A stretch of DNA of 64,000 nucleotides, taken from the NCBI RefSeq assembly GCF_003334335.1, contig NZ_QOWQ01000002.1. The stretch is one strand, 5' to 3'. Under the pieces are notes generated by a model. The model made no database searches. It saw only the letters and a program-made list of their open reading frames with translations, and was not told the origin of the DNA. Origin of the DNA: Escherichia coli (GTDB lineage: Bacteria > Pseudomonadota > Gammaproteobacteria > Enterobacterales > Enterobacteriaceae). Positions within the stretch are counted from its first letter, which is position 1. Each line of letters begins with the position of its first letter. This document shows positions 45,466 through 55,472 of this stretch, in pieces. A program made the position numbers and the translations under genes.

Positions 45466-46038
45466 TTAGTCAGCACGCCCCATATAACGGCGTTCTTCGA
45501 TATGGATACGAATTTTTTCGCCCGGGCTTAAGTATTCTGGTACCTGAATCACCAGACCAGTGCTCAATGTCGCCGGTTTGTTACGGGCGCTGGCAGATGC
45601 CCCTTTGATGCCTGGTGCGGTTTCAACGATTTCCAGATCAACGGTCTGCGGCAGCTCAAGCGCCAGCAGTTGACCGTCCCAGGTCAGCACCTGCATGTCC
45701 GGCATGCCGCCCTCTGGCATAAACAGCAACTCTTCTTCAATCTGATCTTTGGTGAAGGTATACGGGGTATAGTCTTCTTTATCCATAAAGACATATTCGT
45801 TGCCATCGACATAGGAGAAGTCAACGTAACGGCGGGTCAGCGTCACGGTGTCAACGATATCATCACCTTTGAAACGCTCTTCTACTTTCAGCCCGGTACG
45901 GACATCAGAAAAACGCATTTTGTACAGCGTAGCGGCACCGCGGGCAGTGGGCGACTGAATATCAATATCCTTAACCAGCAGCAGTTTGCCGTTGTAATTC
46001 AGTACCATACCTTTTTTAATTTCGTTCGCTCTTGGCAT
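45466..46038 (-). CDS. yeiP: elongation factor P-like protein YeiP (EfpL)
   Basis: Track ORF 45466..46293 is over-extended; I use the ATG at 46038 ([20 protein letters not shown]..., 190 aa), EF-P fold family. Confidence 0.9.
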
Positions 46039-46192
46039 CGAAAAATTCCTGTAGTCGAAAATGTCAAAAATATCGCGACAAAGTACTCGCGACGGGCCTT
46101 TCGGGCAAGTGGTATTCGCACTTTTGCTGGTGCAAAAAAGGTGGTACTGTGCGCGCTCATCAATCCGGTGGTTAACCTTAAGAGAACAACGT

Positions 46193-46447
46193 ATGGAATG
46201 CCGTCCGGGTTGCGGGGCGTGTTGCACTGCCCCTTCAATTTCCAGCCCTATTCCCGGTATGCCAGATGGCAAGCCCGCCAATACGCCCTGCATTCAGCTT
46301 GATGAACAGCAACGCTGTAAAATTTTCACCTCGCCACTGCGACCGAAAGTCTGTGCAGGCTTACAAGCCAGCGCTGAAATGTGCGGTAACTCGCGTCAGC
46401 AGGCCATGACCTGGCTTATCGATCTGGAAATGCTGACCGCGCCTTAA
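46193..46447 (+). CDS. yeiW: UPF0153 Cys-cluster protein YeiW
   Basis: 84-aa ORF from ATG 46193 ([18 protein letters not shown]...); track ORF 46061..46447 is over-extended. Confidence 0.8.
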
Positions 46448-47625
46448 ACATCTTTAATCCGCAGTAAGCAAAACAGAGTGGCGATAATCATCACCATCGC
46501 AAACCAGAACACAGCGTGATAATTCCAGATCTCGGCGACGATGCCCGCCACTGATCCTGCGATGATCCAGCCCACGCGCGAAGTGTTGGTATAGAGCGTG
46601 GTGGCTGAACCCGCCTGACCGGGCATCAGATCCTGAAAATAGAGCATCCCGATGCCGCCCAGAATGCCAATAAAAATAGCATTTAGCAGCTGCAAGCCCA
46701 ACAGAATGACAGGTGAATGCGCCATCAGCATTCCTGCGTAAAAACAGACGCCACCCACGGCAGCAACGCGCATTAAGAAACGCTTACCCAGACGTTTGGC
46801 GAAATATCCGGCAATCAACATCGTCGGGATTTCCAGCCCGGCGGCGGTCCCCATCATCACACCGGCCAGTTTCTCGGGAAGATGCAGTTCGTTGATAATA
46901 AATAGCGGCATGTTGATGATGTACAGGCTGTTCGAGCCCCACATCAATGTACAAATGACAAACAGCAGCAGCGTATCGCGACGGTTACGGCGCGGCGCTT
47001 CGATCGTGCCGGTCGCCAGCGGAAGCTCTTTTTGCATCGACGGTAAAAACAGCCACACCATCACACCGCAAACAATAAACGCTACCGCTGCGCTCAGATA
47101 CATTACCGTAAAGCTGAAACCCATCGCTAAGGCATAAGCCAGCGGTGGGCCAATGACCCATGCCAGTGAAACCTGAGCGCGTAAAAAAGAGCTGAACATC
47201 ACCGCCTCACGTCCGGTTTTGTCGGCATGTTCACGGGCAAGGGCAAACATTTGCGGGTTAGCGGTCGAGCCAAAGCTGCTAAGAAAGACGCCAACGAATA
47301 GCAAAACAAAGTAGTTGCGATTCCAGGCAAAAAGGGTGCAGGCCAGCACGCCTAACAGGCAGCAAAAGACAATCAGCGATTTGCGATCGCCGCGCTTATC
47401 AGAGCGCCCGGCGAGAAACTGACTTACCAGAATCCCAATGACAGCGCTGCCGGTAAAGAAGAATCCCACCATCGCCGGACGGGCATGTACTTCATCGGTA
47501 AGAAAAATACTGAGTGTCGGGGTTTGCAGAGCGCCCGCAATACCGGTGAGAAAGGCAACGATTAAAAACGCCGTCGAGGTCAGGTCAAACGATTTCGCGC
47601 TGGAGACTGCGGGGGAGTTATGCAT
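46444..47625 (-). CDS. setB: sugar efflux transporter SetB (MFS)
   Basis: 393-aa 12-[25 protein letters not shown]...; stop codon overlaps yeiW stop (TTAA at 46444-46447). Confidence 0.92.
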
Positions 47626-47890
47626 GCTGGTCGATCACTGGAAGAGGAAGACGCGGAGTTTACGCTGCTTGTCAGAAAATAAACAGACAGCGAAATCAAA
47701 AGCGCCACGAATAGTCAAAATGCCATTTCACTGTTGCTGATTGGCTGCTGACGCTGCTGAAATGAAATTGCTGATAACGGATTTTCCCATCAGCAATTAG
47801 GAAAAATGGCAAAAAATTGTGCAGCACATCAAACTTTTGCTCATAACTTTACGGCTTTCCTTGCGTGCTGAAACAGAAGTATTATGCTTT

Positions 47891-47906
47891 CTTGAAACGT
47901 TTCAGC
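47891..47906. promoter_or_regulatory. Cra (FruR) operator in fruB promoter
   Basis: cttgaaacgtttcagc, near-perfect match to the Cra palindrome GCTGAAACGTTTCAAG; a second weaker half-site gctgaaac at 47868-47875. Confidence 0.8.
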
Positions 47907-47992
47907 GCGATCTTGTCTTTAACCCTAAGCCAGGTTGGCGCTTTTTTTCTCATAGAGGCTGAATCGTTTCAATTCAGCAAGAGAGGAGAACT

Positions 47993-49123
47993 ATGTTCCA
48001 GTTATCCGTACAGGACATCCATCCGGGCGAAAAGGCCGGAGACAAAGAAGAGGCGATTCGCCAGGTCGCTGCGGCGCTGGTGCAGGCCGGTAATGTAGCA
48101 GAAGGCTACGTCAATGGCATGCTGGCGCGCGAACAGCAAACCTCAACGTTCCTCGGCAATGGTATTGCTATTCCACACGGCACTACCGACACCCGCGATC
48201 AGGTGCTGAAAACCGGCGTTCAGGTATTTCAGTTCCCGGAAGGCGTCACCTGGGGTGACGGTCAGGTAGCGTACGTGGCAATCGGTATTGCTGCCAGCTC
48301 GGATGAACATCTGGGCCTGCTACGCCAGCTGACCCACGTACTGAGCGATGATTCCGTTGCTGAACAACTGAAGTCAGCAACAACAGCAGAAGAACTTCGC
48401 GCATTACTGATGGGCGAAAAGCAGAGTGAGCAGCTGAAGCTCGACAACGAAATGCTGACACTGGATATCGTCGCCAGCGATCTGCTGACTCTTCAGGCGC
48501 TGAACGCTGCGCGTCTGAAAGAGGCGGGGGCAGTTGACGCCACTTTCGTCACCAAAGCCATCAATGAACAACCGCTGAATCTCGGACAGGGTATCTGGCT
48601 GAGCGATAGCGCCGAAGGCAATCTGCGTAGCGCGATTGCGGTAAGCCGTGCGGCAAATGCTTTTGATGTGGACGGCGAAACGGCAGCCATGCTGGTGAGT
48701 GTGGCGATGAATGACGATCAGCCCATCGCGGTTCTTAAGCGTCTCGCTGATTTATTGCTCGACAATAAAGCTGACCGCTTGCTGAAAGCGGATGCGGCAA
48801 CGTTGCTGGCGCTGCTGACCAGCGATGATGCGCCGACCGACGACGTGTTAAGCGCGGAGTTTGTGGTGCGCAATGAACACGGCCTGCATGCTCGTCCAGG
48901 TACCATGCTGGTCAATACCATTAAACAATTTAACAGTGATATTACCGTGACAAACCTTGATGGTACCGGCAAACCGGCAAACGGACGTAGTCTGATGAAA
49001 GTTGTGGCACTTGGCGTTAAGAAAGGTCATCGCCTACGCTTTACCGCCCAGGGTGCAGATGCTGAACAGGCGCTGAAAGCAATCGGCGACGCTATCGCTG
49101 CTGGTCTTGGGGAGGGCGCATAA
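47993..49123 (+). CDS. fruB: fructose PTS multiphosphoryl transfer protein FruB (IIA-M-HPr-like FPr)
   Basis: 376-aa [27 protein letters not shown]... Confidence 0.95.
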
Positions 49124-50061
49124 TGAGCAGACGTGTTGCTACTATCACCCTTAATCCGGCTTATGACCTTGTTGGTTTCTGCCCGGAAATTGAACGCGGC
49201 GAAGTGAACCTGGTGAAAACCACCGGTCTGCATGCGGCGGGTAAAGGCATCAACGTGGCCAAAGTATTAAAAGACCTGGGAATTGATGTCACCGTTGGCG
49301 GCTTCCTGGGTAAAGACAATCAGGATGGTTTTCAGCAACTGTTCAGCGAGCTGGGCATTGCCAACCGTTTCCAGGTTGTACAGGGGCGCACCCGAATTAA
49401 CGTTAAGCTGACGGAAAAAGACGGCGAAGTGACCGACTTCAACTTCTCGGGTTTTGAAGTCACCCCCGCCGACTGGGAACGCTTTGTGACTGATTCTCTG
49501 AGCTGGCTCGGTCAGTTCGATATGGTCTGTGTCAGCGGAAGCTTACCGTCAGGCGTCAGCCCGGAAGCGTTCACCGACTGGATGACTCGCCTGCGTAGTC
49601 AGTGTCCTTGCATTATCTTTGATAGTAGCCGTGAAGCGTTAGTAGCAGGTTTGAAAGCGGCACCGTGGCTGGTGAAACCTAACCGCCGCGAGCTGGAAAT
49701 CTGGGCAGGCCGTAAACTGCCTGAAATGAAAGATGTGATTGAAGCTGCACATGCGCTACGTGAACAAGGCATCGCGCATGTTGTTATTTCACTGGGTGCC
49801 GAAGGCGCGCTTTGGGTTAATGCCTCCGGCGAATGGATCGCCAAACCACCGTCAGTCGATGTCGTAAGCACCGTTGGCGCAGGGGATTCTATGGTTGGTG
49901 GCCTGATTTATGGCTTGCTGATGCGTGAATCCAGTGAACACACACTGCGTCTGGCGACAGCTGTTGCAGCCCTGGCGGTAAGTCAAAGCAATGTGGGTAT
50001 TACCGATCGTCCGCAGTTGGCCGCAATGATGGCGCGCGTCGACTTACAACCTTTTAACTGA
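49123..50061 (+). CDS. fruK: 1-phosphofructokinase
   Basis: 312-aa PfkB-family ORF; start overlaps fruB stop. Confidence 0.95.
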   Translation: MSRRVATITLNPAYDLVGFCPEIERGEVNLVKTTGLHAAGKGINVAKVLKDLGIDVTVGGFLGKDNQDGFQQLFSELGIANRFQVVQGRTRINVKLTEKDGEVTDFNFSGFEVTPADWERFVTDSLSWLGQFDMVCVSGSLPSGVSPEAFTDWMTRLRSQCPCIIFDSSREALVAGLKAAPWLVKPNRRELEIWAGRKLPEMKDVIEAAHALREQGIAHVVISLGAEGALWVNASGEWIAKPPSVDVVSTVGAGDSMVGGLIYGLLMRESSEHTLRLATAVAALAVSQSNVGITDRPQLAAMMARVDLQPFN

Positions 50062-50077
50062 CAGCAGGAGAGGCATA

Positions 50078-51769
50078 ATGAAAACGCTGCTGATTATTGA
50101 CGCTAATCTCGGTCAGGCACGCGCCTATATGGCGAAGACCCTGCTGGGCGCGGCGGCGCGAAAAGCAAAACTGGAAATCATCGACAATCCGAACGACGCT
50201 GAAATGGCGATTGTTCTCGGTGATTCCATCCCGAACGACAGCGCGCTGAACGGTAAAAATGTCTGGCTGGGCGATATTTCCCGGGCAGTTGCGCACCCTG
50301 AGCTGTTCCTGAGTGAAGCCAAAGGCCATGCGAAACCTTACACTGCGCCGGTCGCTGCGACAGCACCAGTTGCCGCCAGCGGTCCGAAACGCGTAGTTGC
50401 GGTGACTGCTTGCCCGACTGGCGTAGCACACACCTTTATGGCGGCTGAAGCCATTGAAACCGAAGCGAAAAAACGTGGCTGGTGGGTGAAAGTTGAAACC
50501 CGTGGTTCTGTTGGCGCGGGTAATGCAATCACTCCCGAAGAAGTCGCAGCAGCGGATCTGGTGATTGTGGCGGCAGATATCGAAGTGGATCTGGCGAAAT
50601 TTGCTGGTAAACCGATGTATCGTACCTCTACCGGTCTGGCGCTGAAGAAAACCGCGCAGGAACTGGATAAAGCGGTTGCTGAAGCAACGCCGTATGAACC
50701 GGCGGGCAAAGCTCAAACGGCGACCACTGAAAGTAAGAAAGAGAGTGCAGGCGCATACCGTCACTTGCTGACGGGCGTTTCTTACATGCTGCCGATGGTC
50801 GTTGCAGGTGGTCTGTGTATCGCGCTTTCTTTTGCTTTTGGTATCGAAGCGTTTAAAGAGCCGGGTACGTTGGCTGCGGCGCTGATGCAGATTGGTGGTG
50901 GTTCAGCCTTTGCGCTGATGGTGCCGGTACTGGCAGGTTATATTGCCTTTTCCATTGCCGATCGTCCGGGCCTCACTCCGGGTCTGATTGGCGGTATGCT
51001 GGCGGTCAGCACCGGTTCTGGCTTCATTGGTGGTATTATTGCGGGCTTCCTGGCTGGTTACATTGCGAAGTTAATCAGTACGCAATTGAAACTGCCACAG
51101 AGTATGGAGGCGCTGAAACCGATCCTGATCATTCCGCTAATTTCCAGTCTGGTGGTCGGTCTGGCGATGATCTACCTGATCGGTAAACCAGTTGCTGGCA
51201 TTCTCGAAGGGCTGACTCACTGGCTGCAGACCATGGGGACTGCGAATGCGGTTCTGCTGGGGGCGATCCTCGGTGGCATGATGTGTACTGACATGGGCGG
51301 TCCGGTAAACAAAGCAGCGTACGCATTCGGTGTGGGTCTGCTGAGTACTCAAACCTATGGCCCGATGGCGGCGATTATGGCGGCAGGTATGGTGCCACCG
51401 CTGGCAATGGGTCTGGCAACAATGGTGGCGCGTCGCAAATTCGACAAAGCGCAGCAGGAAGGTGGCAAAGCCGCTCTGGTATTGGGACTGTGCTTCATTT
51501 CGGAAGGTGCAATTCCGTTTGCTGCTCGTGATCCGATGCGTGTGCTGCCGTGCTGTATCGTGGGTGGGGCGCTGACTGGCGCAATCTCAATGGCGATTGG
51601 TGCGAAACTGATGGCACCGCACGGTGGTCTGTTTGTTCTGCTGATCCCTGGCGCTATTACGCCGGTATTGGGTTACCTAGTAGCAATTATTGCCGGTACG
51701 CTGGTGGCGGGTTTGGCCTATGCCTTCCTGAAACGTCCGGAAGTGGACGCAGTAGCGAAAGCAGCGTAA
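50078..51769 (+). CDS. fruA: fructose-specific PTS IIB'BC component
   Basis: 563-aa ORF with two IIB-like regions and polytopic IIC domain. Confidence 0.95.
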   Translation: MKTLLIIDANLGQARAYMAKTLLGAAARKAKLEIIDNPNDAEMAIVLGDSIPNDSALNGKNVWLGDISRAVAHPELFLSEAKGHAKPYTAPVAATAPVAASGPKRVVAVTACPTGVAHTFMAAEAIETEAKKRGWWVKVETRGSVGAGNAITPEEVAAADLVIVAADIEVDLAKFAGKPMYRTSTGLALKKTAQELDKAVAEATPYEPAGKAQTATTESKKESAGAYRHLLTGVSYMLPMVVAGGLCIALSFAFGIEAFKEPGTLAAALMQIGGGSAFALMVPVLAGYIAFSIADRPGLTPGLIGGMLAVSTGSGFIGGIIAGFLAGYIAKLISTQLKLPQSMEALKPILIIPLISSLVVGLAMIYLIGKPVAGILEGLTHWLQTMGTANAVLLGAILGGMMCTDMGGPVNKAAYAFGVGLLSTQTYGPMAAIMAAGMVPPLAMGLATMVARRKFDKAQQEGGKAALVLGLCFISEGAIPFAARDPMRVLPCCIVGGALTGAISMAIGAKLMAPHGGLFVLLIPGAITPVLGYLVAIIAGTLVAGLAYAFLKRPEVDAVAKAA

Positions 51770-51778
51770 TAAAAGGTG

Positions 51779-51811
51779 TGTTACAGGGCAGAAATTTCCT
51801 GTCCTGTAACA
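51779..51811 (+). terminator. stem-loop immediately after fruA (possible terminator)
   Basis: tgttacagg-...-cctgtaaca inverted repeat 10 nt after fruA stop; weak T-run. Confidence 0.4.
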
Positions 51812-51926
51812 TTTGATGAGCGCAAAGAGAATGACCGGTTTGTGAATGTAATTTTATGAATTTAAATGGTTTTATCTTTCAGTAGAAACTTCAAACGTTC
51901 ATCAAACACTCAGGTTATTTCCTCAA

Positions 51927-51952
51927 GGGCAGATTATTTTCTGCCCTTTTTT
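51927..51952 (+). terminator. rho-independent terminator downstream of fruA
   Basis: gggcag-attatttt-ctgccc followed by TTTTTT. Confidence 0.75.
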
Positions 51953-52191
51953 ATTGTTCTGTTCTGTGCATCCCGTCACAAATTCCTCGCTTTTGTAATT
52001 CAGGCATTTAATCGCATTTTGTGAGCCTGCTCAAATCTGCCCATTTTGCCTCTCTGGCGGTAATTTACTTTACGTAAAACATGCATACTATGAGCACATG
52101 TTTAAATATGAACACATGTTTAAACCGTCTTTGCAGTATCTATATTCTTGTGGATTGACAGGGTTGGTAATTTTTTACCAGAGGACGTGCT

Positions 52192-53133
52192 ATGCGCGAA
52201 AAGGATTATGTCGTAATTATAGGTTCGGCGAATATTGATGTCGCCGGATATTCACATGAATCATTAAATTATGCGGATTCAAATCCAGGTAAAATAAAAT
52301 TTACGCCTGGTGGAGTAGGGCGCAATATTGCACAAAACCTGGCGTTGCTGGGTAACAAAGCCTGGCTACTGAGCGCCGTAGGCAGTGATTTTTATGGTCA
52401 ATCGCTGCTAACGCAAACCAATCAATCTGGCGTTTATGTCGATAAATGCCTGATTGTGCCGGGAGAAAATACGTCGAGTTATTTATCATTACTCGATAAT
52501 ACCGGTGAAATGCTGGTTGCTATAAATGACATGAATATTAGCAACGCTATTACAGCTGAATATCTCGCACAGCACGGTGAATTTATTCAGAGGGCAAAGG
52601 TCATTGTCGCGGACTGTAATATCAGTGAAGAGGCACTGGCATGGATTCTGGATAATGCCGCCAACGTACCCGTATTTGTCGATCCGGTTTCGGCATGGAA
52701 ATGTGTCAAAGTGCGCGACCGTCTAAATCAGATCCACACTCTCAAGCCAAACCGCCTTGAAGCGGAAACCCTGAGTGGGATTGCGCTGTCAGGGCGTGAA
52801 GATGTGGCAAAAGTTGCTGCCTGGTTCCATCAACATGGCCTGAACCGACTGGTATTGAGCATGGGCGGCGACGGCGTTTATTACAGCGATATCAGCGGTG
52901 AAAGTGGCTGGTCTGCGCCGATCAAAACCAATGTTATTAATGTTACCGGAGCGGGCGATGCCATGATGGCGGGACTTGCTTCGTGTTGGGTAGACGGAAT
53001 GCCGTTTGCCGAATCTGTTCGTTTCGCACAGGGATGTTCGTCAATGGCGCTCTCCTGTGAATACACCAATAACCCCGATTTATCGATTGCCAACGTTATA
53101 TCGTTAGTGGAGAACGCAGAATGTCTGAATTAA
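52192..53133 (+). CDS. psuK: pseudouridine kinase
   Basis: 313-aa PfkB-family ORF MREKDYVVIIGSANIDVAG...GAGDAMMAG. Confidence 0.92.
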   Translation: MREKDYVVIIGSANIDVAGYSHESLNYADSNPGKIKFTPGGVGRNIAQNLALLGNKAWLLSAVGSDFYGQSLLTQTNQSGVYVDKCLIVPGENTSSYLSLLDNTGEMLVAINDMNISNAITAEYLAQHGEFIQRAKVIVADCNISEEALAWILDNAANVPVFVDPVSAWKCVKVRDRLNQIHTLKPNRLEAETLSGIALSGREDVAKVAAWFHQHGLNRLVLSMGGDGVYYSDISGESGWSAPIKTNVINVTGAGDAMMAGLASCWVDGMPFAESVRFAQGCSSMALSCEYTNNPDLSIANVISLVENAECLN

Positions 53134-54059
53134 AAATTTCCCCTGAATTATTACAAATTTCCCCGGAAGTGCAGGACGCTTTAAAAAACAAAAAACCGGT
53201 TGTGGCGCTGGAATCGACCATTATTTCTCACGGGATGCCGTTCCCACAAAATGCCCAGACCGCAATTGAAGTTGAAGAAACTATTCGTAAACAGGGCGCT
53301 GTACCTGCCACGATCGCCATTATTGGCGGCGTGATGAAAGTGGGGTTAAGCAAAGAAGAAATTGAATTACTGGGTCGTGAAGGGCATAACGTGACCAAAG
53401 TTAGTCGTCGCGATTTACCTTTTGTTGTTGCCGCCGGAAAAAATGGCGCAACCACTGTGGCTTCAACGATGATTATTGCGGCGCTTGCCGGAATTAAAGT
53501 ATTTGCCACCGGGGGAATTGGTGGTGTGCATCGCGGGGCGGAACATACCTTCGATATTTCTGCCGATTTGCAAGAACTGGCAAATACTAATGTCACCGTT
53601 GTTTGTGCCGGGGCGAAATCTATTCTCGATTTAGGATTAACCACTGAGTATTTAGAAACCTTCGGTGTGCCGTTAATTGGCTATCAGACTAAAGCGCTGC
53701 CTGCGTTTTTCTGCCGCACCAGCCCGTTTGACGTCAGCATTCGTCTCGACAGCGCCAGCGAAATTGCCCGTGCAATGGCGGTGAAATGGCAAAGCGGTCT
53801 GAACGGTGGCCTCGTGGTAGCGAACCCGATCCCGGAACAGTTTGCTATGCCGGAACACACTATCAATGCGGCGATCGATCAGGCGGTAGCTGAAGCTGAA
53901 GCTCAGGGAGTCATTGGTAAAGAAAGTACGCCATTCCTGCTGGCGCGCGTTGCTGAACTGACCGGCGGTGACAGCCTGAAATCCAACATCCAGCTGGTGT
54001 TCAACAACGCCATTCTGGCGAGCGAAATTGCCAAAGAATATCAGCGTCTCGCGGGTTAA
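53121..54059 (+). CDS. psuG: pseudouridine-5'-phosphate glycosidase
   Basis: 312-aa ORF MSELKISPELLQISPEVQDALKNKKPVVALESTIISHGMPFPQN...; overlaps psuK end. Confidence 0.92.
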   Translation: MSELKISPELLQISPEVQDALKNKKPVVALESTIISHGMPFPQNAQTAIEVEETIRKQGAVPATIAIIGGVMKVGLSKEEIELLGREGHNVTKVSRRDLPFVVAAGKNGATTVASTMIIAALAGIKVFATGGIGGVHRGAEHTFDISADLQELANTNVTVVCAGAKSILDLGLTTEYLETFGVPLIGYQTKALPAFFCRTSPFDVSIRLDSASEIARAMAVKWQSGLNGGLVVANPIPEQFAMPEHTINAAIDQAVAEAEAQGVIGKESTPFLLARVAELTGGDSLKSNIQLVFNNAILASEIAKEYQRLAG

Positions 54060-54152
54060 TTTCTGACGGGCAGAAAGCCGTCGCCCGTACTCATCAAGCA
54101 TACCAAAACCTGGCGCTGACGCCGGGTTTACCGGCATGAAGGGAAAATCATT

Positions 54153-55402
54153 ATGGATATAATGAGAAGTGTTGTGGGGATGGTGGTGTTACTGGCAATA
54201 GCATTTCTGTTGTCAGTGAATAAAAAGAGCATCAGTTTGCGCACGGTTGGAGCCGCACTGCTGCTGCAAATCGCTATTGGTGGCATCATGCTCTACTTCC
54301 CACCGGGAAAATGGGCAGTAGAACAGGCGGCATTAGGCGTTCATAAAGTGATGTCTTACAGTGATGCCGGTAGCGCCTTCATTTTTGGTTCGCTGGTTGG
54401 GCCGAAAATGGATGTCCTGTTTGACGGTGCGGGTTTTATCTTCGCCTTTCGCGTACTTCCGGCGATTATTTTCGTTACTGCGCTCATCAGTCTGCTGTAC
54501 TACATTGGCGTGATGGGGCTGCTGATTCGCATCCTTGGCAGCATTTTCCAGAAAGCCCTCAACATCAGCAAAATCGAATCTTTTGTTGCGGTTACTACTA
54601 TTTTCCTCGGGCAAAATGAGATCCCGGCGATCGTTAAACCGTTTATCGATCGCATGAATCGCAACGAGTTGTTTACCGCAATTTGTAGCGGGATGGCGTC
54701 CATTGCTGGTTCGATGATGATTGGTTATGCCGGAATGGGCGTACCAATTGACTACCTGTTAGCGGCATCGCTGATGGCGATCCCTGGCGGGATTTTGTTT
54801 GCACGTATTCTTAGCCCGGCAACCGAGCCTTCGCAGGTCACATTTGAAAATCTGTCGTTCAGCGAAACGCCGCCAAAAAGCTTTATCGAAGCGGCGGCGA
54901 GCGGTGCGATGACCGGGCTAAAAATCGCCGCGGTGTGGCGACGGTGGTAATGGCGTTTGTCGCAATTATTGCGCTGATCAACGGCATTATCGGCGGAATT
55001 GGCGGCTGGTTTGGTTTCGCCAATGCCTCTCTGGAAAGTATTTTTGGCTATGTGCTGGCACCGCTGGCGTGGATCATGGGTGTGGACTGGAGTGATGCCA
55101 ATCTTGCGGGTAGCCTGATTGGGCAGAAACTGGCGATTAACGAATTCGTCGCTTACCTGAGTTTCTCCCCATACCTGCAAACGGGCGGCACGCTGGAAGT
55201 GAAAACCATTGCGATTATCTCCTTTGCGCTTTGTGGTTTTGCTAACTTTGGTTCTATCGGTGTTGTCGTTGGCGCATTTTCGGCTATTTCGCCAAAACGC
55301 GCGCCGGAAATCGCCCAGCTTGGTTTACGGGCGCTGGCAGCAGCAACGCTTTCCAACCTGATGAGTGCGACTATTGCCGGGTTCTTTATTGGTCTGGCGT
55401 AA
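54153..55402 (+). pseudogene. psuT: NupC-family nucleoside (pseudouridine) transporter PsuT, apparently frameshifted
   Basis: Two overlapping ORFs 54153..54950 (265 aa) and 54935..55402 (155 aa) together span 1250 nt, one base short of an intact 416-aa gene; the paralog nupX reads gccgcaggtgtggca where psuT reads gccgcggtgtggcg (about 54927-54936). Confidence 0.7.
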
Positions 55403-55416
55403 TGCTCGATTTGTAG

Positions 55417-55449
55417 ACCGGATAAAACGTATTAAGCGTTGCATCCGGC
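55417..55449. repeat. REP element downstream of psuT
   Basis: gaccggataaaacgtattaagcgttgcatccggc palindrome. Confidence 0.75.
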
Positions 55450-55472
55450 AATCGCGCTATTGAAAATAATTT

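Noticed and set aside
45670-46302. 210-aa ORF on the + strand
   Set aside because: Antisense to yeiP (45466..46038) and overlapping the yeiW frame; the canonical products account for this region.
47865-48098. 77-aa ORF overlapping the fruB promoter and 5' end
   Set aside because: It spans the Cra operator and the fruB start in another frame.
50054-50764. 236-aa ORF on the minus strand
   Set aside because: Antisense to fruA; Arg/Phe-rich and lacks a credible start context.
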